Shown here in pieces: positions 55,422 to 64,000 of a stretch of DNA of 64,000 nucleotides; position 1 is the stretch's first letter; every line of letters begins with the position of its first letter. The DNA comes from Steroidobacteraceae bacterium. GTDB taxonomy: Bacteria > Pseudomonadota > Gammaproteobacteria > Steroidobacterales > Steroidobacteraceae. The translations under genes were made by a program, and so were the position numbers. Location: contig JBAUYT010000090.1 of assembly GCA_049584935.1 (NCBI GenBank), positions 147 through 64,146 of the forward strand, written 5' to 3'. The notes under the pieces were generated by a model. It saw nothing but the letters and a program-made list of their open reading frames with translations. It searched no databases and was not told where the DNA came from.

Positions 55422-56267
55422 ATGAATCCTCACCGTCTGACTGCAGTCCTCGCCCTGCTCGCGCTTGGCACTGCGGCCGCCGGCATCGCCCAGGCGCAGG
55501 CACTGCCCGATCGCATTGCGAAGGCCAAGGTCCTCAAGATCGGCGTCAATCCGATCTACCCGCCCATGGAGTACAGAGATCCGGAGAGCGGCAAGCTCGT
55601 CGGGTTCGACGTCGATCTCGCCAACGCCCTGGCGAAGGAGCTCGGCATCGGCATCGCGTGGCAGGAAGCGGGCTTCGATCAGTTGCTGCCCTCGCTGACC
55701 ACCGGTCGCATCGACCTGATCCTAAGCGGCCTCAGCGACAACGCCGAGCGGCGCACGACCGCCGACTTCATCGATTACCTCAACTCCGGCGCGCAGTTCT
55801 TCACCAGCGTCCTGCGCCGGGACATCAACCAGCCGCAAGACCTCTGCGGCAGGACCGTGGGCACCAGCCGCAGCACCACATTCCCGAATGATGTAAAGAA
55901 TTGGAGCGATACCCATTGTGTCGCGGCCGGCAAGCCCGCCATCAGGGTTGAAGGCACCAACGACAACGCGGCCGCGCGCTCGGAATTGAAGCAGGGCCGG
56001 CTCGATGCCGCCGCCCAGGGCAGCGAGACCGTGCCCTACGTGATGGTCCTGGAACCCGGTGTCTACAAGTCCATCGGCGGACCGTTCGGCGGGGTCCCGC
56101 AGGGCATCGCCTTCACCAAGGCCGATGTGCCGCTGCGCAACGCCGTGCTCGCCGCCTTCAAAAAAGTGCTGGCGAACGGCGCCTACACGGCCATCATCGC
56201 CCGGTGGAATCTGCAGGCCAGCGCCGTCACACAGGCAGCCGTCAACGGGGCACCGGCAACGCCCTGA
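55422..56267 (+). CDS. Amino acid ABC transporter periplasmic substrate-binding protein (SBP-2)
   Basis: Has a signal peptide ending AQAQA, then IYPPMEYRD...GFDVDLANALA...LSGLSD. Paralog of SBP-1. Confidence 0.85.
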   Translation: MNPHRLTAVLALLALGTAAAGIAQAQALPDRIAKAKVLKIGVNPIYPPMEYRDPESGKLVGFDVDLANALAKELGIGIAWQEAGFDQLLPSLTTGRIDLILSGLSDNAERRTTADFIDYLNSGAQFFTSVLRRDINQPQDLCGRTVGTSRSTTFPNDVKNWSDTHCVAAGKPAIRVEGTNDNAAARSELKQGRLDAAAQGSETVPYVMVLEPGVYKSIGGPFGGVPQGIAFTKADVPLRNAVLAAFKKVLANGAYTAIIARWNLQASAVTQAAVNGAPATP

Positions 56268-56380
56268 CCGTGGGCTGCAAATGAGACCTGCATCACAGCG
56301 CGCATTGTCTGCGCCATTAGCCTTGTCATGAGTGCTCAATCGCCGCTGCACGCTCCGCTATACGGAGGATTCACGCCAGG

Positions 56381-59143
56381 ATGGATGAGGTGGACACCAC
56401 ATCCGAAAAGCCGCCACGCTGGGTCGATAATCTTTGCGCCGCACTGGTCGTCTACGCAGTCATTTGCGCTGCCTGGATGCTGGCCGGACTCGGCGGCGAG
56501 CGGATCCGGCATTTCGTGGGCCTGTTGGCCGGAGAGCCCGCGTGCCTGATGGCAGGGATCGTGGCGGTAGCGGCGGCACGACGTTCGGCGCCCGGCGCGT
56601 CGCGGACCGCCTGGTGGTGTCTGTCGATTGCGCTGGCCCTGTACTTCGTCGGGCAAGGCATCGCCAGCAGCGTGGGGCTGCAGGGACGAGATCCCTTTCC
56701 GGGCATCCCTGATTTTTTCTACGTGGCCTACTATCTCGGCTTCATCGCCGCGGTGACGTTTCTGATCCGGGGCGCGGCCGCGAGAGTTCAGTGGATGCAG
56801 CTGGCACTCGACGCCGCGATTCTCGTGTTCGGATTCGGTGCGTTTTTCTGGTTCCTGGTCATCCGCCCGGCCGCAGCCGCGAGCGAGCTGGACGTCATCA
56901 AGAAGCTGCTGACCCAGACCTACATGGCGCTCGACAGTGTGCTGCTGCTCGCCTTCGGCGTGCTGCTGCTGGCGAGCGCCGGCAACCCCGGCGGCAGACG
57001 CGTCCGACTGCTGCTGCTGGCCGGATTCGCCATGAGTTTCATCGGCGACGTCCTCTGGTCGATTACGAAAATCAGCCCAGCCTATCTGCCGGGCGCACTT
57101 GAGGACGTACTGTACATCGCCACCTACGCGCCGCTGGCACTTGCCGGACGGGAGCAGATGCGCGCCATTGCAGTCCGGGCCACCTCGGGCACCTCCAACT
57201 CCCTGACCCAGTCACTGCCCTACGCTGCGATGCTCAGCGCCTTCCTGGTGCTCGTCTACGTTACGCGCGGCGACATCGGCGGCCCCACCTCCGTGATGAC
57301 CGTCATCGTGTTCGCACTGAGCCTGCTGGTGATGGTGCGGCAGGCGCTGGCCCTGCGAGAGGACGCATTGACACGCGAGCGACGCGCCGCCGGCATGGTC
57401 GAACGCCGTTACGCTTCCCTGATCGCGAACGCCTCCGACGCCATCATGATCGTTGCCGTGGACGGCACCCTGCAATTCGCCTCTCCCGCTTCCAAGCGCA
57501 CTCTGGGTCTGAGTCCGGAGGAAATTGCGGGCAGGAATCTGCTCGATCTCTGGGCTGGCGATGATGGCGATCGGCTCCGGACCTTCCTGGCCGAAGTCGC
57601 CGCCACGCCGCGCAGGATCATCGGCCCGGTGGAACTGCGGGTCGATCGTTATGTGCTCGAGATGGTCGGCAGCAATCTCACCGACGATCCGGCGGTGCGC
57701 GGGCTGGCGCTCAATTTCCGCGACATCAGCGAGCGCAAGGAGCTCGAGCAGCAGTTGCGAAAACTTGCATTTCACGACTCGCTGACCCTGCTCGCGAACC
57801 GCAGCCTGTTCCGCGATCGCGTCCAGCACGCCCTGTCGCTGGCGCAGCGCGATCCGCACCCCGTGGCCGTCATGTTCCTCGACCTGGACAATTTCAAGAA
57901 CATCAACGACTCCTTCGGCCACGATGCCGGCGATCGGCTGTTGCAGGCGGTGGCGCAGCGGCTGGTGAAGTCGACCCGCTCCTCCGACACGGTGGCGCGG
58001 CTGGGCGGCGATGAATTTGCCATCCTGCTCGAGGGCACGGCGAGCAGTGCGGAGGTGCAGCGTCTGGCGGCAGCGTTGATCGAGAAACTGGACCAGCCGT
58101 TCTTGCTCAGCGCCCAGGAAGTCCGCATCTCGGCCAGCATCGGCGTGGCCTTCTGGAGTGTCGAAGCGGACGCCGAGGCACTGCTCAGCAAAGCGGATAT
58201 CGCCATGTACCAGGCCAAGACCTCGGGCAAGAATCGCTTTGCGATCTTTCAGCCGCATATGCAGGAGTCGCTGCGCGAGCGGCTGCGCCTGGAAATGGAC
58301 ATCACCCGCGCTCTGGCCAACGAGGAGTTCTTCATCGAGTATCAGCCCATCGTGGACCTGGGCACGCGCAGTCTGCTCGGCGTGGAGGCCCTGGTGCGCT
58401 GGCAACACCCTCATCTTGGCGTGCTCATGCCGGGCCGATTCATCCAGGTGGCCGAGGAGTCCGGTCAGATCGTCAAGCTCGATCGCTGGGTGCTCACGCG
58501 GGCGTGCCAGGAAATGCGTGGCTGGCGCAATTCCGTGGCCGGCGGCAGCGACCTGCGGATTGCCGTCAATGTCTCGGGTCGTCACCTGCAGCACGGCGGC
58601 CTGGAGCACGACGTTGCGCAGGCATTGCAGCAGTCCGGGCTCGAGCCGGGCAACCTCGTGATCGAACTGACCGAAAGCACGGTCATGCACGATACCGAGG
58701 CGAACCTGGACCGGCTGCGGCGATTGAAGGCACTGGGCGTTCGGCTGGCAATCGACGATTTCGGTACCGGCTACTCCTCTCTTTCATACCTGCATCGCTT
58801 TCCGATCGACATTCTGAAGATCGATCATTCCTTCGTGGGCCGTCTGACCAGCAGCCAGAGTGGCCCGGAACTCGCTCGCGCCGTCATCACCCTCGCTGCC
58901 GCGCTGGGGCTGGATACGGTGGCCGAGGGCGTCGAACACGAGCCGCAAGTGGCCGCGCTGCTGGATCTCGGCTGTGTCGCCGGGCAGGGATTTCTGTTCG
59001 CGCGATCCAGTTCTCTCGAGCAACTGTCCGAAAGCACCTTCGTCGCTCGTCGTAATGCCCTCTGGACCGACCAGGCGGGTCGCGAGGATCTGTCGCCGAC
59101 GGGCCGTTTCAATGCACTCAAGTGCGTGGCCGGCGCAGCTTGA
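56381..59143 (+). CDS. Membrane-anchored PAS-GGDEF-EAL signalling protein
   Basis: The first ~300 aa are polytopic membrane segments. A PAS-like segment follows (ASLIANASDAIMIVAVDGTLQF). Then come GGDEF (RLGGDEFAILL) and EAL (EALVRWQHP, DDFGTGYSSLSYL). Confidence 0.9.
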   Translation: MDEVDTTSEKPPRWVDNLCAALVVYAVICAAWMLAGLGGERIRHFVGLLAGEPACLMAGIVAVAAARRSAPGASRTAWWCLSIALALYFVGQGIASSVGLQGRDPFPGIPDFFYVAYYLGFIAAVTFLIRGAAARVQWMQLALDAAILVFGFGAFFWFLVIRPAAAASELDVIKKLLTQTYMALDSVLLLAFGVLLLASAGNPGGRRVRLLLLAGFAMSFIGDVLWSITKISPAYLPGALEDVLYIATYAPLALAGREQMRAIAVRATSGTSNSLTQSLPYAAMLSAFLVLVYVTRGDIGGPTSVMTVIVFALSLLVMVRQALALREDALTRERRAAGMVERRYASLIANASDAIMIVAVDGTLQFASPASKRTLGLSPEEIAGRNLLDLWAGDDGDRLRTFLAEVAATPRRIIGPVELRVDRYVLEMVGSNLTDDPAVRGLALNFRDISERKELEQQLRKLAFHDSLTLLANRSLFRDRVQHALSLAQRDPHPVAVMFLDLDNFKNINDSFGHDAGDRLLQAVAQRLVKSTRSSDTVARLGGDEFAILLEGTASSAEVQRLAAALIEKLDQPFLLSAQEVRISASIGVAFWSVEADAEALLSKADIAMYQAKTSGKNRFAIFQPHMQESLRERLRLEMDITRALANEEFFIEYQPIVDLGTRSLLGVEALVRWQHPHLGVLMPGRFIQVAEESGQIVKLDRWVLTRACQEMRGWRNSVAGGSDLRIAVNVSGRHLQHGGLEHDVAQALQQSGLEPGNLVIELTESTVMHDTEANLDRLRRLKALGVRLAIDDFGTGYSSLSYLHRFPIDILKIDHSFVGRLTSSQSGPELARAVITLAAALGLDTVAEGVEHEPQVAALLDLGCVAGQGFLFARSSSLEQLSESTFVARRNALWTDQAGREDLSPTGRFNALKCVAGAA

Positions 59144-59205
59144 GACACGCCCGTCGGTCGCAGAGGTTGTCAGGCTCGCCAGGACTATGAGCTAATCGCG
59201 GCACC

Positions 59206-60612
59206 GTGGCCGTTCCCGCATCGATCAGCCCGCCCACCGCCGCGCGCGCCACGTACTCGCGCGGCTATCGCACCTGGCTGCTCGCGGTGCTGCTGCTGGT
59301 GAACCTGCTCAATCTTGCCGACCGCCAGGGCCTCGCCGCGGTGGTGCCGGCGATGAAGGCAGACCTGGCCCTGAGCGACACCCAGCTGGGACTGATCCTG
59401 GGGTTGGGGTTTGCGATCTTCTATACGTTGCTGGGCTTGCCGATTGCGCGCCTGGCCGAGCGTTACCAGCGCGCGCGCATCATCGCGCTCTCCTCGGTGG
59501 TGTTCGCCGGATTTCTGCTGATGTGCGCGAGGGCGCAGAGCTTTACGCAGATGCTGCTCTATCGCGTCGGGGTAGGGGCTGGGGACGCCGGCTTTGGTCC
59601 GCCGGTGGCCTCGCTCCTGGGCGATCATTACCCGGAACGTCAACGCGCCGCCGCCATGACCGTGGTTTGGCTGGGGGCGCCGCTCGGGGCTCTGTCCGGC
59701 TCGATGCTCGGTGGCTACATCGCGCAGCACGCCAACTGGCGCATGTGGTTCGTGGCCCTGAGTATTCCGAGCTTCATGGTGGCGCTGCTGACGCTGTTCA
59801 CCCTGCGTGAGCCCAGGCGCGGGCTGCACGATTCGGTCGCACCCACGGCGGCACCCCCGTCGATGTGGCAGGTCACCAGATTCCTGCTCGGCAAGCGCTC
59901 GATGCGGCAAGTGCTGATTGGCGCCGGCCTGGCCTCGATCGCGCTCAACGGCATCGGGCAGTTCTGGGGGCGCTACTACACCGCGGTCTTCCACATGAGC
60001 GTGGCGGCGTCGGGGCGCATGATTGGTCTCATTGCCGTGGTGGCGATGGCCTCGGGTCTGGCACTCGGCGGCTTTGGCGTCAGCGCGCTCTCGGGGCGCG
60101 ACCGGCGCTGGCAGGTGTGGGCGCCGGCCATCGCGCTGATCGCCAGCACTCCGCTGCTGCTGGTGGCCATCACGCGCCTCACCCTGCACGACGCGTTCTG
60201 GTGGCTGCTGGCAGGACACGTCACGCTGTTCGTGTTTTTCACCCCCACCCTGGCGCTGGCGCTCAACATGGTCGGCGCCGGCATGCGCGCCTCGTCCTCG
60301 TTCATCGTCAACATCGTGTTCGGCCTCATCGGGGTGGGATTGGGGCCCACGCTGATCGGGAGCTTGAGCGACCTTCTGGCACATCGCGCCTTCGGCGGCG
60401 GGAATTTTCTCGCACAGTGCCCGGGCGGCACGGCAGTGGCGGGTGCCGACGCGGCCTTGCGAGCGGCCTGCAGCAGCGCCTCGGCCACCGGCGTGATGCA
60501 GGCCATCGGCGCATTCGCGCTGCTGTTTGCCTGGGGCGGCGTGCATTTTCTGCTGGCCGCGCCCTCACTGGAGCGCGATCTGGATTACCACTACGAAAAC
60601 CTCACGCGGTGA
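59206..60612 (+). CDS. MFS transporter (Spinster-like layout)
   Basis: 468 aa with about 12 TM segments. It has the GLPIARLAERYQR motif between TM2 and TM3. GTG start. Confidence 0.8.
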   Translation: MAVPASISPPTAARATYSRGYRTWLLAVLLLVNLLNLADRQGLAAVVPAMKADLALSDTQLGLILGLGFAIFYTLLGLPIARLAERYQRARIIALSSVVFAGFLLMCARAQSFTQMLLYRVGVGAGDAGFGPPVASLLGDHYPERQRAAAMTVVWLGAPLGALSGSMLGGYIAQHANWRMWFVALSIPSFMVALLTLFTLREPRRGLHDSVAPTAAPPSMWQVTRFLLGKRSMRQVLIGAGLASIALNGIGQFWGRYYTAVFHMSVAASGRMIGLIAVVAMASGLALGGFGVSALSGRDRRWQVWAPAIALIASTPLLLVAITRLTLHDAFWWLLAGHVTLFVFFTPTLALALNMVGAGMRASSSFIVNIVFGLIGVGLGPTLIGSLSDLLAHRAFGGGNFLAQCPGGTAVAGADAALRAACSSASATGVMQAIGAFALLFAWGGVHFLLAAPSLERDLDYHYENLTR

Positions 60613-60616
60613 TCCC

Positions 60617-61105
60617 TCAGCTCTTGCTCAATTTTCTATAGGGCTCCTTGGCAATCTGATAGAGGCCGTAACACAGCAGCCCGACCGCCATCACGCCCAG
60701 CAGCCACTCCCCATACGATTGCTGCTTCAATCCACCCAGGGCCCCGGCGATTCCGCCCGAGTAGCGCGGGTCGCCGCGCCAGCAGGCATTGACCAGATAG
60801 CCTCCGACCAGGCAGAACAGCGTACCGCGCGCGGCGAGTCCATAGACGCCGAGCGCGTTGATGGCCGCGCGGAAACGCATGCGGCGCAGTTCGACTCTCT
60901 TGTTTTTGTCGCCCGTGAGCGCTCGATAGAACTGCCATAGGCCAAAGGCGACGATGCCGGTACCCACCAGCGCCAGCAGGACACGGCCTGCGGGCAGCGC
61001 AAACATCCGCGCCGTCCATCGGACCTGGCTTTCCTTCTCGTCGACCGACCGGCTGAGTCCGAACATGCTCCAGACCGCCTGAATGACGAACACGCAGTGA
61101 AACAC
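60617..61105 (-). CDS. DUF1206-like membrane protein, possibly N-terminally truncated
   Basis: It has two repeats of the DUF1206-type hydrophobic unit (GTGIVAFGLWQFYRA; GVMAVGLLCYGLYQIAK). The frame closes at a TGA (61157..61159) only 17 codons upstream of the GTG start. Family members I recall have three repeats. Confidence 0.45.
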   Translation of the reverse strand: MFHCVFVIQAVWSMFGLSRSVDEKESQVRWTARMFALPAGRVLLALVGTGIVAFGLWQFYRALTGDKNKRVELRRMRFRAAINALGVYGLAARGTLFCLVGGYLVNACWRGDPRYSGGIAGALGGLKQQSYGEWLLGVMAVGLLCYGLYQIAKEPYRKLSKS

Positions 61106-61191
61106 CGCACTGAAGAGATGCCCCAGCCGGACCAGTGGCCCAGCGTTGCCATTGCGTCAGCGCCCTGTCGCGGCGGTGTAGCATGGCATTG

Positions 61192-62460
61192 CTAGAGCTG
61201 GGAGCGCACCGGATTGAGGACCGTCTCCTCGAGCCTTTCGCGCCAGGAGCGGTGCTGCCAGTGCTCGAGCGTATACGGCTTCGATGCGGCCAGATCTCGC
61301 TCGAACACCCGGGTCATGTGCCGTGCGAACCCGGCATCGTAGATGTTCAGGCTGGCTTCGTCATTGAGTTCGAACGAGCGCATGTCGAAGTTGGTCGAGC
61401 CGACCGAGGTCATGTACGCATCGAATATCAGCATCTTGCAGTGAAGCATCGTCGGCCGGTACACAAAGATCTGCACGCCGTTCTCGAGCAGCGGTCCCCA
61501 TTCGTGCTTGGAGGCTATGCCCACGACCTTGGAGTCGATATGGCTGCCCGGCACCAGCAGCCGGATACGAACCCCTCGCCTGCGCGCGCCGATCATTTCC
61601 CGGATCATCAGCCGGTCGGGAACAAAGTAAGCCGCCTCCATGTCGATCTGCCGCTCGGCGGCGGTGATGGCTGTCAGGTACATGAGCCGCATGCTGTCAC
61701 TGCCGCCGTCGGGTGAACTGATGAACATCTGCATCGCTTGGGCGCCGCGTGGCTCGATCTCTGGAAAGTAGTCAGCGCCGTGCAGCACGTGCCCCGTGGT
61801 CTTGATCCAGTTGTCGAGGAACGCCACCTGCATTTGCGCGACCACCGGACCTGCGACCCTGAAGTGCATGTCACGTCAGTGCGCCGCGTCCTGGGCGTGG
61901 CCCAACCACTGATCCGCAATGCCAACACCGCCGGTAAAGCCCAGCGCGCCATCGATGATCAGAACCTTGCGATGCGTGCGGTTGTTCAAATGGCCGAGCG
62001 TGTACCAGCGCACGCGGTGGTAGCGCTCGACCTCCACGCCGCCGTCCTTCATGCGGGAGAGGAGCTGCTGGGAGATCTTGTCGCAGCCGACCCAATCGAG
62101 CATGACGTGGACGCAGACCCGCGCGCGGGCTCGCTCGATGAGGGCCTGCGCAAACTGCTCGCCGATGTCGCCCGACCAGTAGATATAAGTTTCAAAGGTG
62201 ATCGTGCGTTTGGCTGCCCGAATCGCCTCCAGCATGGCCGGAAAGATCTGGTCGCCGTTCTGCAAGGATTCGATGCGATTGCCGGAAACGATCGCCGGCC
62301 CCAGCAGCACGCTCATTTCGCGCCGCAATTGCGGATCGACGATGTTGTAATGGCGCGCAACGCGGTGCGCCGGCTCTTTTTCCGGTTTGCGGAAATTGAG
62401 TACGAGGATCACGATGACCAGCGTACCCAGGACTGACCCGACGATTGTCCAGAGCGGCAA
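61192..62460 (-). pseudogene. cls: Cardiolipin synthase (PLD superfamily) interrupted by an in-frame TGA
   Basis: Two adjacent same-frame ORFs each carry an HKD motif: HRKVLIIDG in 61876..62460, and HCKMLIFD...GSTNFD in 61192..61869. The junction reads HAQDAAH-TGA-RDMHFRVAGP, where intact synthases have a W-R-D sequence. Confidence 0.75.
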
Positions 62461-62611
62461 GTGGCATCCTCAAACGTTGATCAATCGTACGCACATGCGG
62501 GCCCGCTCAGGACCGGGGCAAGCCGCCTCGCTTGGGTCAGCCAATGCTGACATCGCGCTGGCGTTGTGCCGCCGAGTAAGCGAACATCGGCCCCGCAGCA
62601 AGGACCTATCG

Positions 62612-63700
62612 ATGCCGAACCCATACAGCCCTGCACCGCGTTACGCGCTGATTGCCTCAGTCCTGCTCGCCATCATCCTGCTCTTCGCCTGGGTACGCGG
62701 CGTTCTGACGCCCTCCAGGATCAGCGGCGACACCATGGCCGATGCCCTCCAGGGCGCCACCGGCAAAATCTTCCCCGGCTACCGCCGGGCCCATGCCAAG
62801 GGCGTGTGCGTCACCGGCAGTTTCGAGTCCACTGGTGCCGGTGCCGCCTTGTCGGAGGCTTCCCTCTTTGCTGCTGGACGGACGGCGGTCATGGGTCGCT
62901 TCTCGACCAACTCCAGCAATCCCAGGGCGCCGGACGCCACGGCGCTGTTTCACGCGCTGGGTCTGCGGTTCTTGCTGCCGCGGGGCGAGGAATGGCGCAT
63001 GGCGCTGGATCACACGCCCATCTTCATTGTCTCCACTGCGCAGGACTTCCTCGACCTGCAGCGCGCCAATGCAGTTGACCCTGCCACCGGCAAGCCCGAT
63101 CCAGCCAAGATGCCGGCGTTCATCGCTACGCATCCCGAGACCCAGGCCTTCCTGGGCTTGATCAAGACATGGCCGCTGCCCTCGAGCTTTGCCAACGGTA
63201 CTTATTACAGTATCCATGCGTTCCGCTTCATCGGTGAGCATGGTCAGGAGCAGCCGGTTCGCTGGCAATTCGAGCCCGAGACCGCCTTCACGGCGCTCGA
63301 TCCCGCCACCCTGGCCGATCTGCCGCCGAACTTTCTGTTCGATGAGCTGCTCGGGAGGATGAAGCAAGGCCCGCTGCGCTGGCACCTGATATTGATCATC
63401 GCCAACCCCGGCGATCCAACCAACAATGCCACCAGGCAATGGCAGGGCGAGCATCGCCGGATCGATGCCGGCGTCCTGACGCTCGATCACGCCAGCACCG
63501 AAGCGGAAGGCCACTGTGCGGGCTTTAATTTCGATCCGACCATCCTGCCACGCGGTGTGGCGATCTCGGACGATCCGCTGCTGCCGGCGCGCTCGGCCGT
63601 GTACTCGGCCTCCTTCCGACGCCGGGCAGCCGAGACGGCGACTGCTCCGGACGCCATCACCGCGGAACACGAGCGCCACGGGCCGGGAGCCGCGCCATGA
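62612..63700 (+). CDS. Catalase-related (haem) peroxidase-like protein with N-terminal membrane anchor
   Basis: Contains RRAHAKGVCVTGSF (catalase distal-His block) and FNFDPT...DDPLLPARSAVYSASFRRR. ATG 62612 is preferred over the 62387 extension. Confidence 0.8.
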   Translation: MPNPYSPAPRYALIASVLLAIILLFAWVRGVLTPSRISGDTMADALQGATGKIFPGYRRAHAKGVCVTGSFESTGAGAALSEASLFAAGRTAVMGRFSTNSSNPRAPDATALFHALGLRFLLPRGEEWRMALDHTPIFIVSTAQDFLDLQRANAVDPATGKPDPAKMPAFIATHPETQAFLGLIKTWPLPSSFANGTYYSIHAFRFIGEHGQEQPVRWQFEPETAFTALDPATLADLPPNFLFDELLGRMKQGPLRWHLILIIANPGDPTNNATRQWQGEHRRIDAGVLTLDHASTEAEGHCAGFNFDPTILPRGVAISDDPLLPARSAVYSASFRRRAAETATAPDAITAEHERHGPGAAP

Positions 63701-64000
63701 GCTCAACTCCGGAACTGCGGTTCGCCTTGCCCGCGCGCCTCCTGCACTGGGGCATGGCCATCCTTATCTATGCCATGCTGCTGATCGGCATGGGGATGCT
63801 CTCGACGGTCACTGAGCGCTACACCACGCTGCTCGCCTGGCACCGCCCCTTGGGCCTCGCCATCCTGATCCTGGCGCTCATCCGCTGGATCGTGCGCCTG
63901 ACGCACCCGCCACCGCCGCTGCCGGCGGACCTGCCGGCCTTTCAGGTGACGCTCGCCAAGGGGTCGCACTACCTGCTCTACGCGCTGATGATTGGGTTGC
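63697..64000 (+). CDS. Cytochrome b561 family protein, 3' end cut by window edge
   Basis: Not in the ORF track because there is no stop in the window. ATG 63697 overlaps the upstream stop (ATGA). The translation is MSSTPELRFALPARLLHWGMAILIYAMLLIGM...WHRPLGLAILILALIRW... with the His-containing TM helices of CybB-like proteins. Confidence 0.75.
   Translation, partial: MSSTPELRFALPARLLHWGMAILIYAMLLIGMGMLSTVTERYTTLLAWHRPLGLAILILALIRWIVRLTHPPPPLPADLPAFQVTLAKGSHYLLYALMIGL

Noticed and set aside
61876-61878. The in-frame TGA in cls as selenocysteine or programmed recoding
   Set aside because: The position corresponds to a conserved Trp, not Cys or Sec. I see no obvious SECIS-like hairpin immediately downstream. 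A TGG to TGA point change is the simpler explanation.
62470-62480. TCAAACGTTGA near the cls start as a LacI-type operator
   Set aside because: The symmetry is broken by one missing base, and the outer bases match neither class A nor class B.

Overview
GC-rich bacterial chromosomal segment, proteobacterial in style: it has a TonB-dependent receptor, many 4-nt ATGA/GTGA gene overlaps, and long antisense shadow ORFs typical of high GC. I see no rRNA, tRNA, CRISPR array, prophage or recognisable defence system. The window is almost entirely a catabolic and transport island. All functions below come from reading the translated ORFs for family motifs. No database search was possible, so family names are motif-level calls and start codons are best guesses.

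The main feature is five paralogous genes of about 460-485 aa for cytoplasmic proteins resembling the N-terminal domain of neutral/alkaline ceramidases (P1-P5). They are spread over 36 kb, and each sits in a different operon:
- P1: TonB receptor, P1, Na+/solute symporter, SDR, LacI.
- P2: an 11-gene operon with a class-III aminotransferase, aldose epimerase, SMP-30 lactonase, three enolase-superfamily enzymes, an SDR and TPP-dependent E1alpha/E1beta/E2.
- P3: MFS, P3, EamA.
- P4: AstE/aspartoacylase-like deacylase, P4, M20 amidohydrolase, hypothetical protein.
- P5: hydantoinase/oxoprolinase A and B, P5, SDR.

Other C-N bond hydrolases surround them: a D-aminoacylase and two polysaccharide-deacetylase-like proteins. 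A divergent pair of a PhyH dioxygenase and a PAL-like NHL propeller is also present.

Two 12-bp palindromes recur in the promoter regions: TGTAACGTTACA (6 sites) and GGAAACGTTTCC (5 sites). They look like operators of the two LacI-family regulators encoded here, giving two interleaved regulons.

Smaller observations:
- The second LacI gene has no ATG/GTG/TTG ahead of its HTH-coding region.
- A truncated IS5-family transposase splits a divergent promoter region.
- A cardiolipin synthase gene is interrupted by an in-frame TGA at a conserved Trp.

The right-hand third holds a polar amino-acid ABC transporter cluster with twin deacetylases and an MmgE/PrpD protein. It also holds a membrane PAS-GGDEF-EAL protein, an MFS transporter, and a catalase-related protein coupled to cytochrome b561.
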